This document shows positions 13,757 to 27,183 of a DNA stretch of 64,000 bases, piece after piece. Source of the stretch: Octopus bimaculoides (lineage: Eukaryota); NCBI RefSeq assembly GCF_001194135.2, contig NC_068990.1, forward strand, positions 3,682,509-3,746,508. The letters are read 5' to 3'. Under the pieces are notes generated by a model. It was not told the DNA's origin, made no database searches, and worked only from the letters and a program-made list of their open reading frames with translations. The stretch's first letter is position 1, and every line of letters starts with the position of its first letter. The position numbers were made by a program, and so were the translations under genes.

Positions 13757-14033
13757 TATTCTTTTCTACTCTAGGCACATTTCGCCCGGCGTGCTAACGT
13801 TCCTTATTTCGTTATTGCCCACAAGGGGCGAAACTTAGAAGGGACAAAGACAGACAAAGGGATTAAGTCGATTACATCGACCCCAGTTCGTAAATGCTAC
13901 TTAATTTATAGACCCCGAAAGGATGAAAGACAAAGTCGACCTCGGCGGAATTTGAACTCAGAACGTAACGGCAGACGAAATACCGCTAAGCACTTACTCC
14001 GGCGTGCTAAATGCTTCTGCCAGGTCACCGCTT
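13757..14033 (-). mobile_element. SINE-A with an alternative tail and a chimeric 3' end
   Basis: Well-preserved head and core (13860-14033), a distinct tail (13802-13860), then a second head fragment and the last 20 nt of the usual tail. Confidence 0.85.
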
Positions 14034-16876
14034 TCGTGATGCTATTTATTGACTCGAAACAGCAAATAGGACTCCTTTACTTGGCTACAGAAGATGTAGG
14101 AAGAATAGCAAGTATTCATTGTATGTCTTTAAATATATATCAACCACATTTTGTCATACACCTTTAATATAGTGAGCTGTTGACGGTCTACTTCAATATT
14201 TTAGCTGAAAGGAAATATTCCGAACGGTAATTACATTTTACTATCTTTATAATGTATTGTTAGATGCGTGTCATTATTTATTACCAATAAATACCCATAT
14301 TTTATGTGCCTTGCTTCCGTGTACAATTATGATCAACTCTGGATTCATTTCATACTTATTCGAACTCTTTATGTCCACTGACTATAAAATACTTGCGAAA
14401 GATTAATTAGCTTTAACGCTTTGTTTCTTGTGTATTCTCTACTTTCGCAATAACGTTTACATAAAGTTGCTTATTCATAAGTCAATATATGTGAAGTTTG
14501 TGAAGTTTTCTCAGCTTGTCATTACAGCATTTGTATACCTTAATGACGATTATCATCAATCATCTTTATCATCGTCAAAATTATCATCATCATGAAAATT
14601 ATTATCGTTGCCGTCAACACAATCTTTACCATCATCTTCATCAACATCATCATACACAGTAGCTGCAACGCCAGCATAAAGAACACTAGTACCAGCATTA
14701 ACACAAGCCAGTGAGAAAACATTTGTGTGTTTGTTGATCATACTAAAACTATTAGCCAATCTTCTTCAAAATTTCACGTTATTGATTTACAGAAAGACAT
14801 AGTGGATAACATGCACTCTATCTGAAAAATGAAAAATAATGACAGGCTGGAATTTCTTTTCGATCATAGGACTACTTCATCGGATAAACAACATTAAACC
14901 AACTTTATCATATAATAATGAATAATAATCAATTATACCAATATGATTATTATACTGACTTTCTATTATGGGTTTTCCATAACCTGTGTTATATATACAT
15001 TTGGTACTGAGCCAATTTATAAACTCTGATGAGAAACTCAAAGTTCCCACGCCGCACATGTATAAGTATGTATATTTTGCACTAGTGTTTCAAAAAAGCT
15101 ACACTCGTCTGTATTTAGGATAGAAATATTACCACAATTGTAATAATATACATGGACTCGCTATTTTGAACATAGGTCAGAAAGGAATATCCTCGTAGTT
15201 ATTTGGATGTTATGCTGAGTACGTTAAGCAGCTAAATAGACTTTTCTTGTGGGCTCGTAATCTCCAAGTTATTACAGAACATTTTATAAATATCAAACGA
15301 CGACTTCTGATATAAGTTTCGTGCATATAAACTATGTGCTATAGAAGCAGCTTTAACAGTTTGAACTTAACATCTCGCCAACTGGAGTCTAATTCATGCC
15401 AAAATAAAAAAACATAAGTTTCTCTTAAAGATACTATAAGACTACTCGCATATTTATTAACACGTCGTCGTAAAAGGAACACACTGTCGTCATAAAAAGA
15501 AGATGGTATTCATAAAAGAAGAAGGTATTCATAAATGAAAGAATGTATTCTCCTATGACATACACAATTGCGACCAACATATATTGTCTCTGAAACTAAC
15601 TAGACATGTTACGAAGAAATATGCGGATAATCATTCCAGCTTTCGCTGCACACGGTTGAAACAAGAAGGGTGGTTTGAAGATATTACAGCAATCCTTAAG
15701 TACTGACAAACTTTCTGTATACTTTGTCTTTTCTTTGTTCGAATATAAATTTGGTTTTGATTAAACTCAAAGTCAAATATTTTACGAAAGGAGACAAATT
15801 GAATGATATCAACACCAGTATGTAATAGATAATTATTTCGCGCTTTCTTGAGATTATGCAAAGCAATTCAATATAAAGGCAAGCACGTTTCAAACTCAGG
15901 ATTACTATTTTATTACATGGAAATATTCAAATAAAATATTTGAATATAATGAAAATCTGTAGTATTAGCTTTGGATATTAAATTAATTTATTAGACATTT
16001 TCTCTGGTCAATCAATCAACTATTCTCTTTCGCAAGTCCATTGAGTTATTTCATTTAAAATTATATTTGAGTAAACATAGATTTATGATTTAGACAACGA
16101 AAACTCTCCTATCTTTCTACCTGACAATAAAATATTTGAGTTGCAACTTCAGTGCAGCATTTATTGGGTATACAGATGTTTTATCTGGACATCCAAATAG
16201 AGTATGTTCAATTTAGCGCTGAAAGACAAAGCAATTACTCATTAATTGTGTTTTAGTACTAGTATCATACCACTCTATGGAAATATGTGATGATCGATTT
16301 CTTTATTGACAGCTGTAACTCCAGACAAGGCAAAGAGTTTATTTCAGCTGGAAGATACGAAGTCCCTAGCTATTGCCTGGTTGCCATTCTAAATTTGAGC
16401 AAAGAAGAACTTCATTAAGAATTATTAAAATATTTACAGTATCTCTAATATAAAAGCGTCTATAAATATATACAAGGGAGATTTTTGTAAAAAATTCACT
16501 TTGCCTTGTGCAAAACCTTTCATTTCTTGTGTAACTCGTAGAGCAGCTGGTTAATCCATGGACACAAAAAATCGGAGTACAAGCGAAGTTTCGATAAAAT
16601 TTATCACTACTACCCTTCTATGTATATTTTACCATTATACATAAACACCGATAGATCAGTGGAACCACTGATGTAATTTATCAGCACACCTCATTACCTC
16701 ATGATAAAACAGATCATTGGGTGAGTCTGAACACAACAACTCTAAATCCGACAGGGACACTGTCACAGAATCTCACATAAATGAGCTGATGTTGTTTCCC
16801 TTAAGTTGGATTCATATATACATACTTTATTTAATTTCACTTAATATTAAGTCACGTGTTAAACAAGCACAATTTC

Positions 16877-16924
<48 letters not shown>

Positions 16925-17022
16925 NNNNNNNNNNNNNNNNNNNNNNNNNNNNNNNNNNNNNNNNNNNNNNNNNNNNNNNNNNNNNNNNNNNNNNNNNNNN
17001 NNNNNNNNNNNNNNTATGTATG

Positions 17023-17077
<55 letters not shown>

Positions 17078-17575
17078 TAATGTATATATATTAAATATAT
17101 ATTGTGTGTGTGAGTAACGGCCAGCGAGAACGCCAGATACATATCAGCCATTTTGGATCTTTTCAATATCGTGAACTTGGAGACAAATATTTTAATTATA
17201 TATTACCTAAATTGTGTATCCCAGAATTTTAGCCTGCCGGGCGGCTATTTAAAAGATCAATGAATATTTTACTCACTTTTTTTGTATATCAGAGATGACG
17301 AATTCTTCTCCGAGCATGTGACTGGCTGCATGTATTCACCATTGGTTAGGCCCCCAAAACCGTAAATTCGCTGGAACGAATTCTCTTTCCCTACATCTTT
17401 CTCTCTCACTTTCGCGCGAACACTGATAAAAACTGTTTTCAACGCAGCAAATCCATAACAGATATTTTCTCGTGACAAATATTGCAGTTACTCCCTCTAA
17501 TTGGCAGTGTGTCTACGAGAAGTATTCTTTATAGATGCCTAATTTAATTAAATACTGCTTCTATTGTGTATACCG

Positions 17576-17601
17576 GATGATAGATAGACAGACAGACAGA
17601 C

Positions 17602-17645
<44 letters not shown>

Positions 17646-17673
17646 TACATAGATTAGATAGATAGATAGATAG
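17576..17673. repeat. (GATA)n/(GACA)n microsatellite
   Basis: Direct reading. Confidence 0.95.
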
Positions 17674-19677
17674 TCATCCCTACTTCCTATTAACGCTAAA
17701 GCATATCTTGGGTTGTTTGCCAATTTGCCGGAAACACGAAAAATTAATGAGTCATCATTATTAATTTTTCTCACCCTATACTTGATCCCACTCTACTTTT
17801 TTGTGTCTTTTATAAGGTTCCATTATTGAGATATGTTCTCATCCTATTACATCCAAACACACTTAACTTCTTTATCCAATTAGTATTGTTGCTTTCTGTT
17901 TCTTGTCATGCATAATTAACATGACTTCTTCAATCATTCCTTTTTCTTTTTTCACATTAGTCTTCTTCCTTAATTCTTTGCTGGTAATAGCTTCATAATT
18001 CCTACGTCTTGTAATTCCAATGAATTGGCTTTCATTTCTTTTCTCTTCTATTTTATCTTCGTTCCTTCGCAAAATAGCAAATAATTCTAGGATTAAATTG
18101 CTGCTGCACTTTTGACACAAAAACACAAAGTTATAGATTATTTCAAGCAACTACTACACTTTACAAGTGAACGAGGAGGCGTCTACATCATGGCAGCTCG
18201 AAACAGCAGATGATTCGTTCTCAGATTACATCCTATTGTCTGAAAATTTGCGGAAGGCCTTGCTTGATGTAGTATTAGACACGTATCGGATGGAGGAAGA
18301 TGTGGTCTACACAGAAATGCCATTAATCTCAATAAGGCCGGATTGAGGCTAGTACGGTCATTTGGGGGAATAGGAACATTTTGGTGAATAGGGACAGAAA
18401 ATTAGAATGCCGATATCAGCATAGTAAGAGCACTGGTCTACAGCTGATCTGATGCGCCTGGAGCATTGATAAGACATACCAAATTTGCCAGGCCCGCAAT
18501 AAATATTTTGCCTCGCTTATCCATACTATACAGATTTTTTTAAATCCTTTCAAATTTCATACCTAATGTGTCTTACCAATTCTCTATCATCCAGGGACAT
18601 CAAATCGGTCAGAGGACCAGAGTTCTCGCCAAGGACATCAGAATTTTAATTTTCGTTTTTTTTTTGTTTTTTTTTGTTCCCCCCGATTCTCCAAGATGTC
18701 CCTATTCCTCCCAAACCCCTATAATAACAGTAGCAGCTACCAAATTTTCATCAATCTGTAGGTATGTTTCTATACCTCGAAACGTCTTAAATTAATAACA
18801 GAACAGATGCACTCCAGCTTAACATTTGTATTTTTAAAGATAGAAAGTGTATTCAGACCAAAAAAATAATTGCTGTATCACTTTACAATTATGAAATACC
18901 GCAAGACGTTGATGTGAAAATTGATGCAAAGCAGTCATGCTCAACATGGATTTGAAATACATTTACCGTCGTAATCGAAATTTGCTTCAAAAATACAATA
19001 ACTCTCATTCCAATTATATTCATTCTAATATTTATATTTCTATGTTGTTGTTCTTACTGTTGCTGTGATTGTTGCTGCTATAAATATTCTTAATCACGGG
19101 GAAAGCGCTATATAATTATACATACATGAGAGCACATATACGTATCGCTTACTTTCAGTTACTTTTTTTCTTTTGCTTACTCTTTCTTTCTTTGTTTTCA
19201 TTTCTCCCTCTCGTTTCAGTCTTGACTTTCTTGTTTGTTGCTCTCCCATTTTCTTCCATGACCGCAATTTTCTTCCCCTTTTATACTAAATTATTCATTT
19301 ATTCTCTTCTTTATTTTCCCATTCCCCATATACCGACTTTAATTTTAATTTCTAATTCTTATCTCTATTTTAATTCAAATTATCACTTGCAACATTTTAT
19401 TTTCAATAAGTGCCTTCTCAGTCTTTCTATTTGTATATCTGTTTCTATCAGTCTTAATGTTTCTATATATTACAGTTACAGTCAATCGTTTCCATCAGAA
19501 ACTATCCCTTTATTTAAAAACAGTAATTGCTCTACTTAGTCAGCGTTAAATGTTTATTCGATGACTTGATAACAATGTATATTTATATATATTTATAAAC
19601 CATTTTCTAAATAGTCACAACTGTCTGATGATTGGTTTCGCGGAACTCAGAGTAGTCTTTTCGGCTTCAATAAAACA

Positions 19678-19722
<45 letters not shown>

Positions 19723-19723
19723 C

Positions 19724-19757
<34 letters not shown>

Positions 19758-19961
19758 NNNNNNNNNNNNNNNNNNNNNNNNNNNNNNNNNNNNNNNNNNN
19801 NNNNNNNNNNNNNNNNNNNNNNNNNNNNNNNNNNNNNNNNNNNNNNNNNNNNNNNNNNNNNNNNNNNNNNNNNNNNNNNNNNNNNNNNNNNNNNNNNNNN
19901 NNNNNNNNNNNNNNNNNNNNNNNNNNNNNNNNNNNNNNNNNNNNNNGGGGGGGGGAAACCT

Positions 19962-20020
<59 letters not shown>

Positions 20021-20021
20021 T

Positions 20022-21650
20022 AAGGTAGTGTTTTGAGATGTGGGGTGGTGTTACGTTTTGTTCCCCTTAGTGTTTTAATGCCTAATTTCTTGGCACGCTT
20101 AATTCCATTATCTATAAGTGGAGGTGGATATTGTCTTTTAGTATTGTTCTAAGGTCTTCAAGGCGGAGTTCCCGGGTATTTCCCTCAGACATTATTTTGC
20201 AAATCCGTTTTGCTAAATTAAAGGGCATATTTCTTTTGATGTGTTTCGTGGGCATGAGCTAAACAGAAGATATTGTTTCGAGTCTTTTGGTTTATGATAA
20301 ATGTCAGTTACGATTTGGTTGTTGACATTTTTTCTCATAATATCTATGACAGAGAGCTGATCTCTACTATATTCCATCGTAAATTGAATGTTAGGGTTTA
20401 TATTATTTAGTATTCATTTAAATTCTAAAAGTTTATCAATGGTCTCATTCCAAATGATAAAGCAGTCATTGACATATCTTTTCCAGTTTTCACTTATATA
20501 CCGGTGAAATGGATGTCGATATATTTGCAGTGACACTTCATATATGGGGAATTCAAAATAGCCCCTTATTAGGTTCACAAGAACAGGGGCTGCTTTCGTT
20601 CCCATCACAATTCCACAATTATGATGATAGTAGGTCTCATCAAATAGGTAATAATTAAATTTAAATTTTAAAGTTTCAATAATAAAACCCTGGTTTAATA
20701 TTGTTTCTATTCCATAGCCATGTAGAATATTGGTGTAAAGATTAATAAGATCGAAGGAAACCAATATTGTCTGTTCATTAGTTGTTATTGCTATGTACTC
20801 TAGCATATCTAGATCGCCTCTAACGTACCTTTTGATAAATTTCAGAAGGGTTTCAGTAAGTTGTCTAGAAAATTGCTTAGGCGGTGGGCTTCACAGGCTG
20901 GACCAGCTATAATGGGTCTTAACTTTAAATCTTCTGGCGCTAGGATATTTATGCAGTTGCCTGATGATTTTTTGCAGGCTTCATTAACTATCTTGCTCTT
21001 GTGTAATTTAGGCTGGCCGTAAAAATCTTGGTTTACATTTGAAGTTCGTGAAATAGTATCTTTCTTAGTAGTCATCTAGTGTTTTATTCCTACTCTTAGT
21101 GGGAGATAATTGCTTCTGTTTTTCACCAGTGATTCATCCTCATTGTCTTTAATTTCATTCTGGTTAGATATTCGTAAGGTTGGGATAAATTTTAATCCTT
21201 TAGCTAGTATACTGAATTTTGTTGCAAACAGAATTTTCTTTGATAAATTAATTACTGTGTGTTTCTCCTGTGTGTTCTTGTTTCTCTCCACTCGGTCTAA
21301 AAAATGTTTACTGTAATTATTAATTGTATTAACATTGCTGTGAGGCTAGTCTTGCAGTCAGAGTAAATTGGTTGGAAGTTCGTGGTTCGGGTTTCTTCGG
21401 TGGTATAAATTGTCCGAGTTCTTAATTAAGTTTGTTGGTATAAATTGTCTGAGTTCTTAATTAGGTTTGTTGTCTGGGTAAATAGGCTGGAATTCCGTAG
21501 GTCGAGTTTCTACGATGAGGGTGAGAAGAAGCCCCTTGGATGTATCTAGTTTCTAGGGAGAAATAATTATTCCTAACCCTTGGTTAGTTTATTCTAGTAT
21601 TTCTTATTAGTGAGTTGCCTCTTTTCCGAGATTGAGAATGATTTACGTAT
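20022..21650 (-). mobile_element. Penelope-like element fossil (RT region), internally deleted, endonuclease missing
   Basis: ORF pieces VINLSKK..ILAKGLKFIPT; FYGQPKLHKS..LRPIIAGPACEAHRLSNFLDNLLKPF; LVSFDLINLYTNI; GIVMGTKAAP; WKRYVNDCF (YIDD equivalent); thumb DIYHKPKDSKQYL. The 5' boundary is uncertain. Confidence 0.85.
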
Positions 21651-23111
21651 GTGTACGTGTGACTGTGTGAGAAATAGGGTTTCTATATAAGCGATATTTT
21701 TTCTGCTTCTAAAGCTTGTATTAAAATAGAGACATTTCCTAGCTACAAATCATACTAAACTTCTTCATTTCATTTATCGCTCTACACAACACGTACAGTA
21801 CATCGTTATGAGAACGGCGAACAAGTTCATGCAGAATTGATACTGAGTTACTACTTAGCCGTTCGTTAACACGTGAAAACGAAATGAATGGCAAAAACAC
21901 GATTTCCTTCACCACTTGTGGAATCAATGCATGTGTTCACTAATACAAACTGTTACGCACGAAACGTAAAGTAATCGACTATAATTATTGTCTTAATGCA
22001 TTGGATAAATAGATAATATGATATTTTTTTTAATTCTTATCATTGATTATTGGAAGGAGGCGAAATGTTTCAATGCGGGCTGGATCATACTGTTTCGTTT
22101 ATCGATTAAATCCATATCTTGGTATATTTACACCTATATTTACGTATATATGAATATATATATATNNNNNNNNNNATATATAACATATGCAACTACTTTA
22201 TATAATAACGTACACAAGGACACACACATATGAATATTTTATATGTATGTATGTATTTATACATGTACATATATGTATGTGTGTGTATACATATGTATAC
22301 GATACTTTATATCTATATATTATAATATACGAAATATATTTCCATACATAGTTTCTCTAAAATGATTTATGTATTTTAACTTCTACAGAGAACATGTAGC
22401 TCTGAAAAATTGAAAAGTTAAAGTCAAGAGATTAAACTAGTCGATCAACATCCAACTTTATTGAAGTCAGAAACTCACAATTTCTATAGGATTCGTGAAT
22501 GATCTAATCTAAATATTCTATGTAATGTTTATATCCCCAAAATTCGTTTAGCTAGTTCAAATTTATATTCTAATATAGATATAATAACATTTATACACTC
22601 TATACTGGGTTTCATAATCAGATTTGACGGCTTTTGTGAATTGTCTGGGTTATATTACTAGTTACTCGGTTATGTGTGTATACCTAACTTCGATATTATT
22701 TGATAATGTAGCAGACTAAAGGAGTGTATTATACAATTACGTTTACAATCAAAATTTACTGAGACTCCCAGGGTTGGAAATATTGTCCAGGTAGTTTCTA
22801 GCGTGTGATATAACTTGCACAACGATCAAGCCTCCTACTTGCTTCGGCGTTGAGACAGCTAAGAAAGGCATTCTTGGAGTCCATCCAAATTGACTAATGT
22901 TCTGTCTAGACTTTTCTGATTGAATTCTTTTTGCTAATTTCAGTCATAGGAGTATGCCCACACAAGGGTCACAACCTCGAAAAGATTTTGATCGATTATA
23001 TTGATACAAGTCTATTGATTACTACATATTTTATCGAAGATATTGAAACATTGTTATTATAAAAATACAATAACAATAAAAAAATTAAATTAAAATAATA
23101 AATTAAAAAAA

Positions 23112-23112
<1 letters not shown>

Positions 23113-23167
<55 letters not shown>
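23113..23167. repeat. (TTA)n microsatellite
   Basis: Direct reading. Confidence 0.95.
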
Positions 23168-23170
<3 letters not shown>

Positions 23171-23374
23171 CGTATTTATATCTGAGACTGACAGATTGTG
23201 TTGAATTATACAAAATTACTCACGACGCTTATTCGATAGTATTGGCAGCGGATTTAATTAAATAAATCCTTTCTTAAAGTACATGATTTTGTTTCTAGCT
23301 TCGAAGTATTTCTTACCGTTTTTGTTAAGAAATATTCATTATTTTTGTTGTTATCCTAATTGTTGTTATTGCAG

Positions 23375-23560
23375 TGTGCAACGTCGAATTGGTAGAATCG
23401 TTTGAACATCAGGAAAATTGTCTTGAATTATTTGAGCGGCTTCTAGGATCAAATTCTCCGAAGTCAATTCTGTTATTCATTTTTCAAGTATCCATGATAT
23501 GAAGTACCAGCCGTGTACTAGGGTCAGTATAATTGACTATGCCTCCACCCAAGTCAAGTC
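23375..23560 (+). mobile_element. Highly degenerate SINE-A
   Basis: TTGGTAGAATCGTT, ATCAAATTCTCCGAAGTCAA and AAGTACCAG..GTACTAGGGTC motifs. Confidence 0.5.
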
Positions 23561-23899
23561 AGCGAAATGTAATTTTTATTTGTGTGTCAACGCTGGATTT
23601 CTTAATTAGTGCAGTTGATTGCAAAATCAGTGAAGTAACTTTCAAACGGTCCGTGTGGTATTTAGGTAGTTTGCTTCAATCAGCTCCGCCATTATTCGAC
23701 CACGACCGGTTTCATGCATGAATATTTTTCCACAGACTGCTAGATCACACACTTAACAAAATGCAATAGAGTGAATAATAGAGAGTAAGTCAGATATTAC
23801 ATGTATAATACACATATATTACATGTGTAATTCATATCTATAATGTGAAAATATCTTATAGTCAGCAAAAGTGAATAAAATACGAATAAACTTTTAAAA

Positions 23900-23977
23900 T
23901 TTATTCTTTTTAGCGACCCGGTACTAAATGATCCACGGTTTGATAGGGGTTCACGGGTCGGTGATTGGAGACCCCTG
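23900..23977. mobile_element. Right end of a hAT-like MITE
   Basis: Ends TTGGAGACCCCTG (reverse complement CAGGGGTCTCCAA, a hAT/Charlie-type TIR) after a GC-rich subterminal stretch. No partner TIR found. Confidence 0.4.
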
Positions 23978-24485
23978 CATTAAATCATGAAATTTAACTT
24001 AACCATTAGCAAATGTGCAAGTAGACCAACCACTCATTCCGGGTGTTGATGAAATAATTACCAAACAATTACATGACCGAAGCAATCAATATTATGTAAT
24101 TTGTTGCAGTTTTTCATTTATTTATTTTGGCTTGTGGGTAATTTCACCAGTCTCAAAGGTATTTAATACTATCAACAGCGTCATAAATTCTTCGGCATCT
24201 TTAACATCATCATAATATAACAGTTGACTTATCATCACCATAATTATCATCACCATCATGAACAGCATACCATCATTACTAATACCAACACCGCCACCAT
24301 CATCAGCATCATCGTCATCATGATCATCCTCATCATGGTCATAGACATCATTAACATCATCAATGTCACCATCATCAAAATCATCATCATCGTCATTATC
24401 AACATCGTTGTCTTCGTCGTCGTCGTAACGTCATCGCAATCATCGCTATATTTATTGCCGCTCTTTTATCATCATTGTTGTTAAA

Positions 24486-24700
24486 GAGGCGATCCGGCAG
24501 AATTGTTGGCACACCGGCTGAAATGCTTCGCGGTATTTCGTCTGTCTGTACGTTCTGAGTTCAAATTCCACCGAGGTTAGCTTTGCCTTTCATCCTTTCG
24601 GGTCGATAAATTAACTATCAGTGAAGTACTGGGGTCGACGTAATCGATTCATCTCCTTCTCTAAAATTGCTGCCCTTGTGATAAAATTTGAACCATTATT
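24486..24700 (+). mobile_element. SINE-A (tail type 2)
   Basis: GGCAGAATTGTT, GAGTTCAAATTCC, CCTTTCATCCTTTCG core, GCCCTTGTG..AAATTTGAACC tail, then (ATT)n. Confidence 0.9.
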
Positions 24701-24901
24701 ATTGTTGTTGTTGTTTATTTATTTATTTATTTATTACTTATAGAAACCAATTATCTGTATGTTGATCAATGCACCCCAACGCGAGGAACATAAATAATAT
24801 TTTGTTACTTTGTATTTTTCTAATCTTATTATTTGTTGATTGATTGCAAACTACTAATCAGTAATTTCTAATTGGGTTTCAAATAATTAACGTTTTAAGA
24901 A

Positions 24902-25026
<125 letters not shown>

Positions 25027-25272
25027 CTGATGTAATTACTGAAGACCAAATATTTGAAATTTCACGGCTCGAAGTACCACAAGGATACCCGAACCCAAAA
25101 TACAATAAAATAAATATCTTAACAAGATAATTAATTTTATCGACTTGAATGACGTATAAACCTGAAGACAACAAAGTTTTACGTAGTCGCATGAGTTAAA
25201 AGAAAACGCGACTAAATTTCCTTGTGTAACCCTAAAGACTGCAAGTATCTGTTAATGTAATCATACCTGTGT

Positions 25273-25560
25273 GAGGACGCATGGCCTATAGGTTAGGATG
25301 TTGTACGCGAGATAATAGTTTCAATTCCTAGACCGCGTTCTCCGTTGTGTTCTTGAGCCAAACATTTCATCCCGCATTGGTCTGTGATCACTTTGACATG
25401 TGACGTGTGGTACATTGGGCACCCGTTCGGGCAATGTCGATTTGATGGAGAGAGAGAGAGTGAGCTAATGTGCAGCATTATTTGATCATTATAAACAACT
25501 CATATTTGTGCAGATCGTTCGGCAAAAGCTGAACATTTGTGCGTTGTCTTCGATGGGAGA
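25273..25560 (+). mobile_element. tRNA-derived SINE family C
   Basis: GCATGGCCTATAGGTTAGG A-box, GTTTCAATTCC B-box, TTGTGTTCTTGAGC body; closely matches 37365-37580. Confidence 0.7.
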
Positions 25561-25849
25561 ATCCATCACCTACACCTGTAAAGATAAGATGGCCATAGCC
25601 AAAATAATTTTTCCAAAAGACATAGGACTAAGTAGCAGCTAAAAGGTATTAACTTCGTGTAATTTCTAATTAAAAAAAAAAGTATATCAAATGTTTTTAT
25701 CTTTTGGAGAATTTCTTTTCCTACATAAAGGATTCAATCGTGTTGATGCTGTTGCTCTCCTTGATCTCATTATTGTCCTTGATCCTATCATTGTTGCTGT
25801 TGTTTTTTTTTTCTCGGGTTTGCTATTATTATTATTGTTGTTGTTTGAA

Positions 25850-26080
25850 ATCGGTGAGCTGGCAAATTTGTTAGCACACTGACAAACAAGTTTAGTGGCA
25901 TTTCTTCCGGCTCTCAACATTCTGAATTCAAATTCCGCCGAGGTTGACTTTGTTTTACATCCTTTCTGAGTGTCAACAAAATATGAACCGGTCGAGCATT
26001 GAGGGCGATCTAATCAAGTGACATTTTCTCCCCACCCCCACCAAAGAAAGCAAGCCTTATGTAGAAGGAATCATTATTAT
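25850..26080 (+). mobile_element. SINE-A
   Basis: CGGTGAGCTGGCAAA head, TTCAAATTCCGCCGAGGTTGAC, and GCCTTATGTAGAAGGAATCATTATT tail. Confidence 0.8.
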
Positions 26081-27071
26081 TGTTCTTGTTGCTGTGAATT
26101 CTACCGGAATCAAACACGCCCGAGCAGACCTATGAAGAAATTGTTTAGAGCCCAGACGATCTTTATATTTTTTCTTAATCGAAGCATGTCCTTCCTCAAA
26201 CAACGTGAGTAGGGGTGACATTCGAACATTATACATGGCAGATCGTAGTTCAGCAGGGAAGAAAGATGTTTGCTAATTAGAAATAAAATATCAAATCCAC
26301 TTCTCAAAAAAAAGGGGGAAATTACAGGTAACCAGCGAATTATTACTGTTCGTTACGTAAAATGCATGAACAAAATATTCTCTATTGAATATTACTTCAT
26401 TTTTACAACCAAACAAGAGTGTCAGTTAAGCGGTCAATCCACATAACTACATCTAAACAAGCAACCCGTTCTAAAATCACTCTATAGACTCCTAAAATAA
26501 AATGTAGAATGTTTTAGATATATGAAAGTAGTTGTAATTCTTATAAGTGGAATGTCGTTAGTCATAAATGAGCTCGATAAGAGCCGATCTGGATAGGACA
26601 AGAGCAACCACGCTATTCTTCCGATAAAATTTTGGAAAAGCTCATTAATCGTTCCTATCTTAAACTGGAATCAATGGTCTTTTATCTCTGTTGCTCACAG
26701 AGTGAGTTTCAATCTTCACCCGGAAAAATTTTCTCAAAGAGAATATTCTTTTCTATTCTGTTTTATTATTATTATTATTAATTTTATTATTATCATCATC
26801 ATCATCAGCATCATTACTACTACTACTACTACTACTACTAGACACAACTACCCATGCTTACAAATTTCCACTCGTTTTCACGCAACAAATTTTATTAAAA
26901 GGTACGTCAAGATGAAAAGAGATATCAGTCAATGTCGCCCCAGACGTTGCTGTCAGAACATGAAGGGTTGTAACAAATATCAGAAGCCATCTTGTCTAAC
27001 GCTCAAACAGTCCTTCCAGAATTGCTACCCTTTTATCGCCCCATACCCCCACCGAAAAATTAATAAATAGA

Positions 27072-27183
27072 TTAAAGTAAAAATTGCCTTTATTGGGATT
27101 TGAACTCAGTGTGCAGAAATTCGGAACAAATACCGCAAGGCATCTTACCCGATATTCGAACGAATTTGCCAATTCACCGCCTT
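27072..27183 (-). mobile_element. SINE-A head fragment
   Basis: ATTTGAACTCAG, AAATACCGCAAGGCAT and TTGCCAATTCACCGCC. Confidence 0.65.

Noticed and set aside
14556-14759. Asp-rich ORF (DDVDEDDGKD...) and the similar His/Ile-rich ORF at 24224-24484
   Set aside because: These are degenerate (ATC/GAT)n trinucleotide tracts with no splice or homology support.
19595-19680. Additional hammerhead-like motifs (minus strand here; also about 22050-22110 and 53690-53760)
   Set aside because: GAAAC and partial stem II are present, but the CUGAnGA core and stems I/III need several substitutions each; not supportable.
19670-20036. Inverted AAAACACTA+(TCTA)n symmetry around the gap as an inverted PLE terminus
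   Set aside because: Only 9 bp beyond the microsatellite match and a gap intervenes; chance or an assembly artefact is likely.
22912-23060. Strong + strand splice acceptor at about 22942 followed by an open frame
   Set aside because: The downstream sequence resembles a decayed SINE-A core, has no good donor and ends in a stop.
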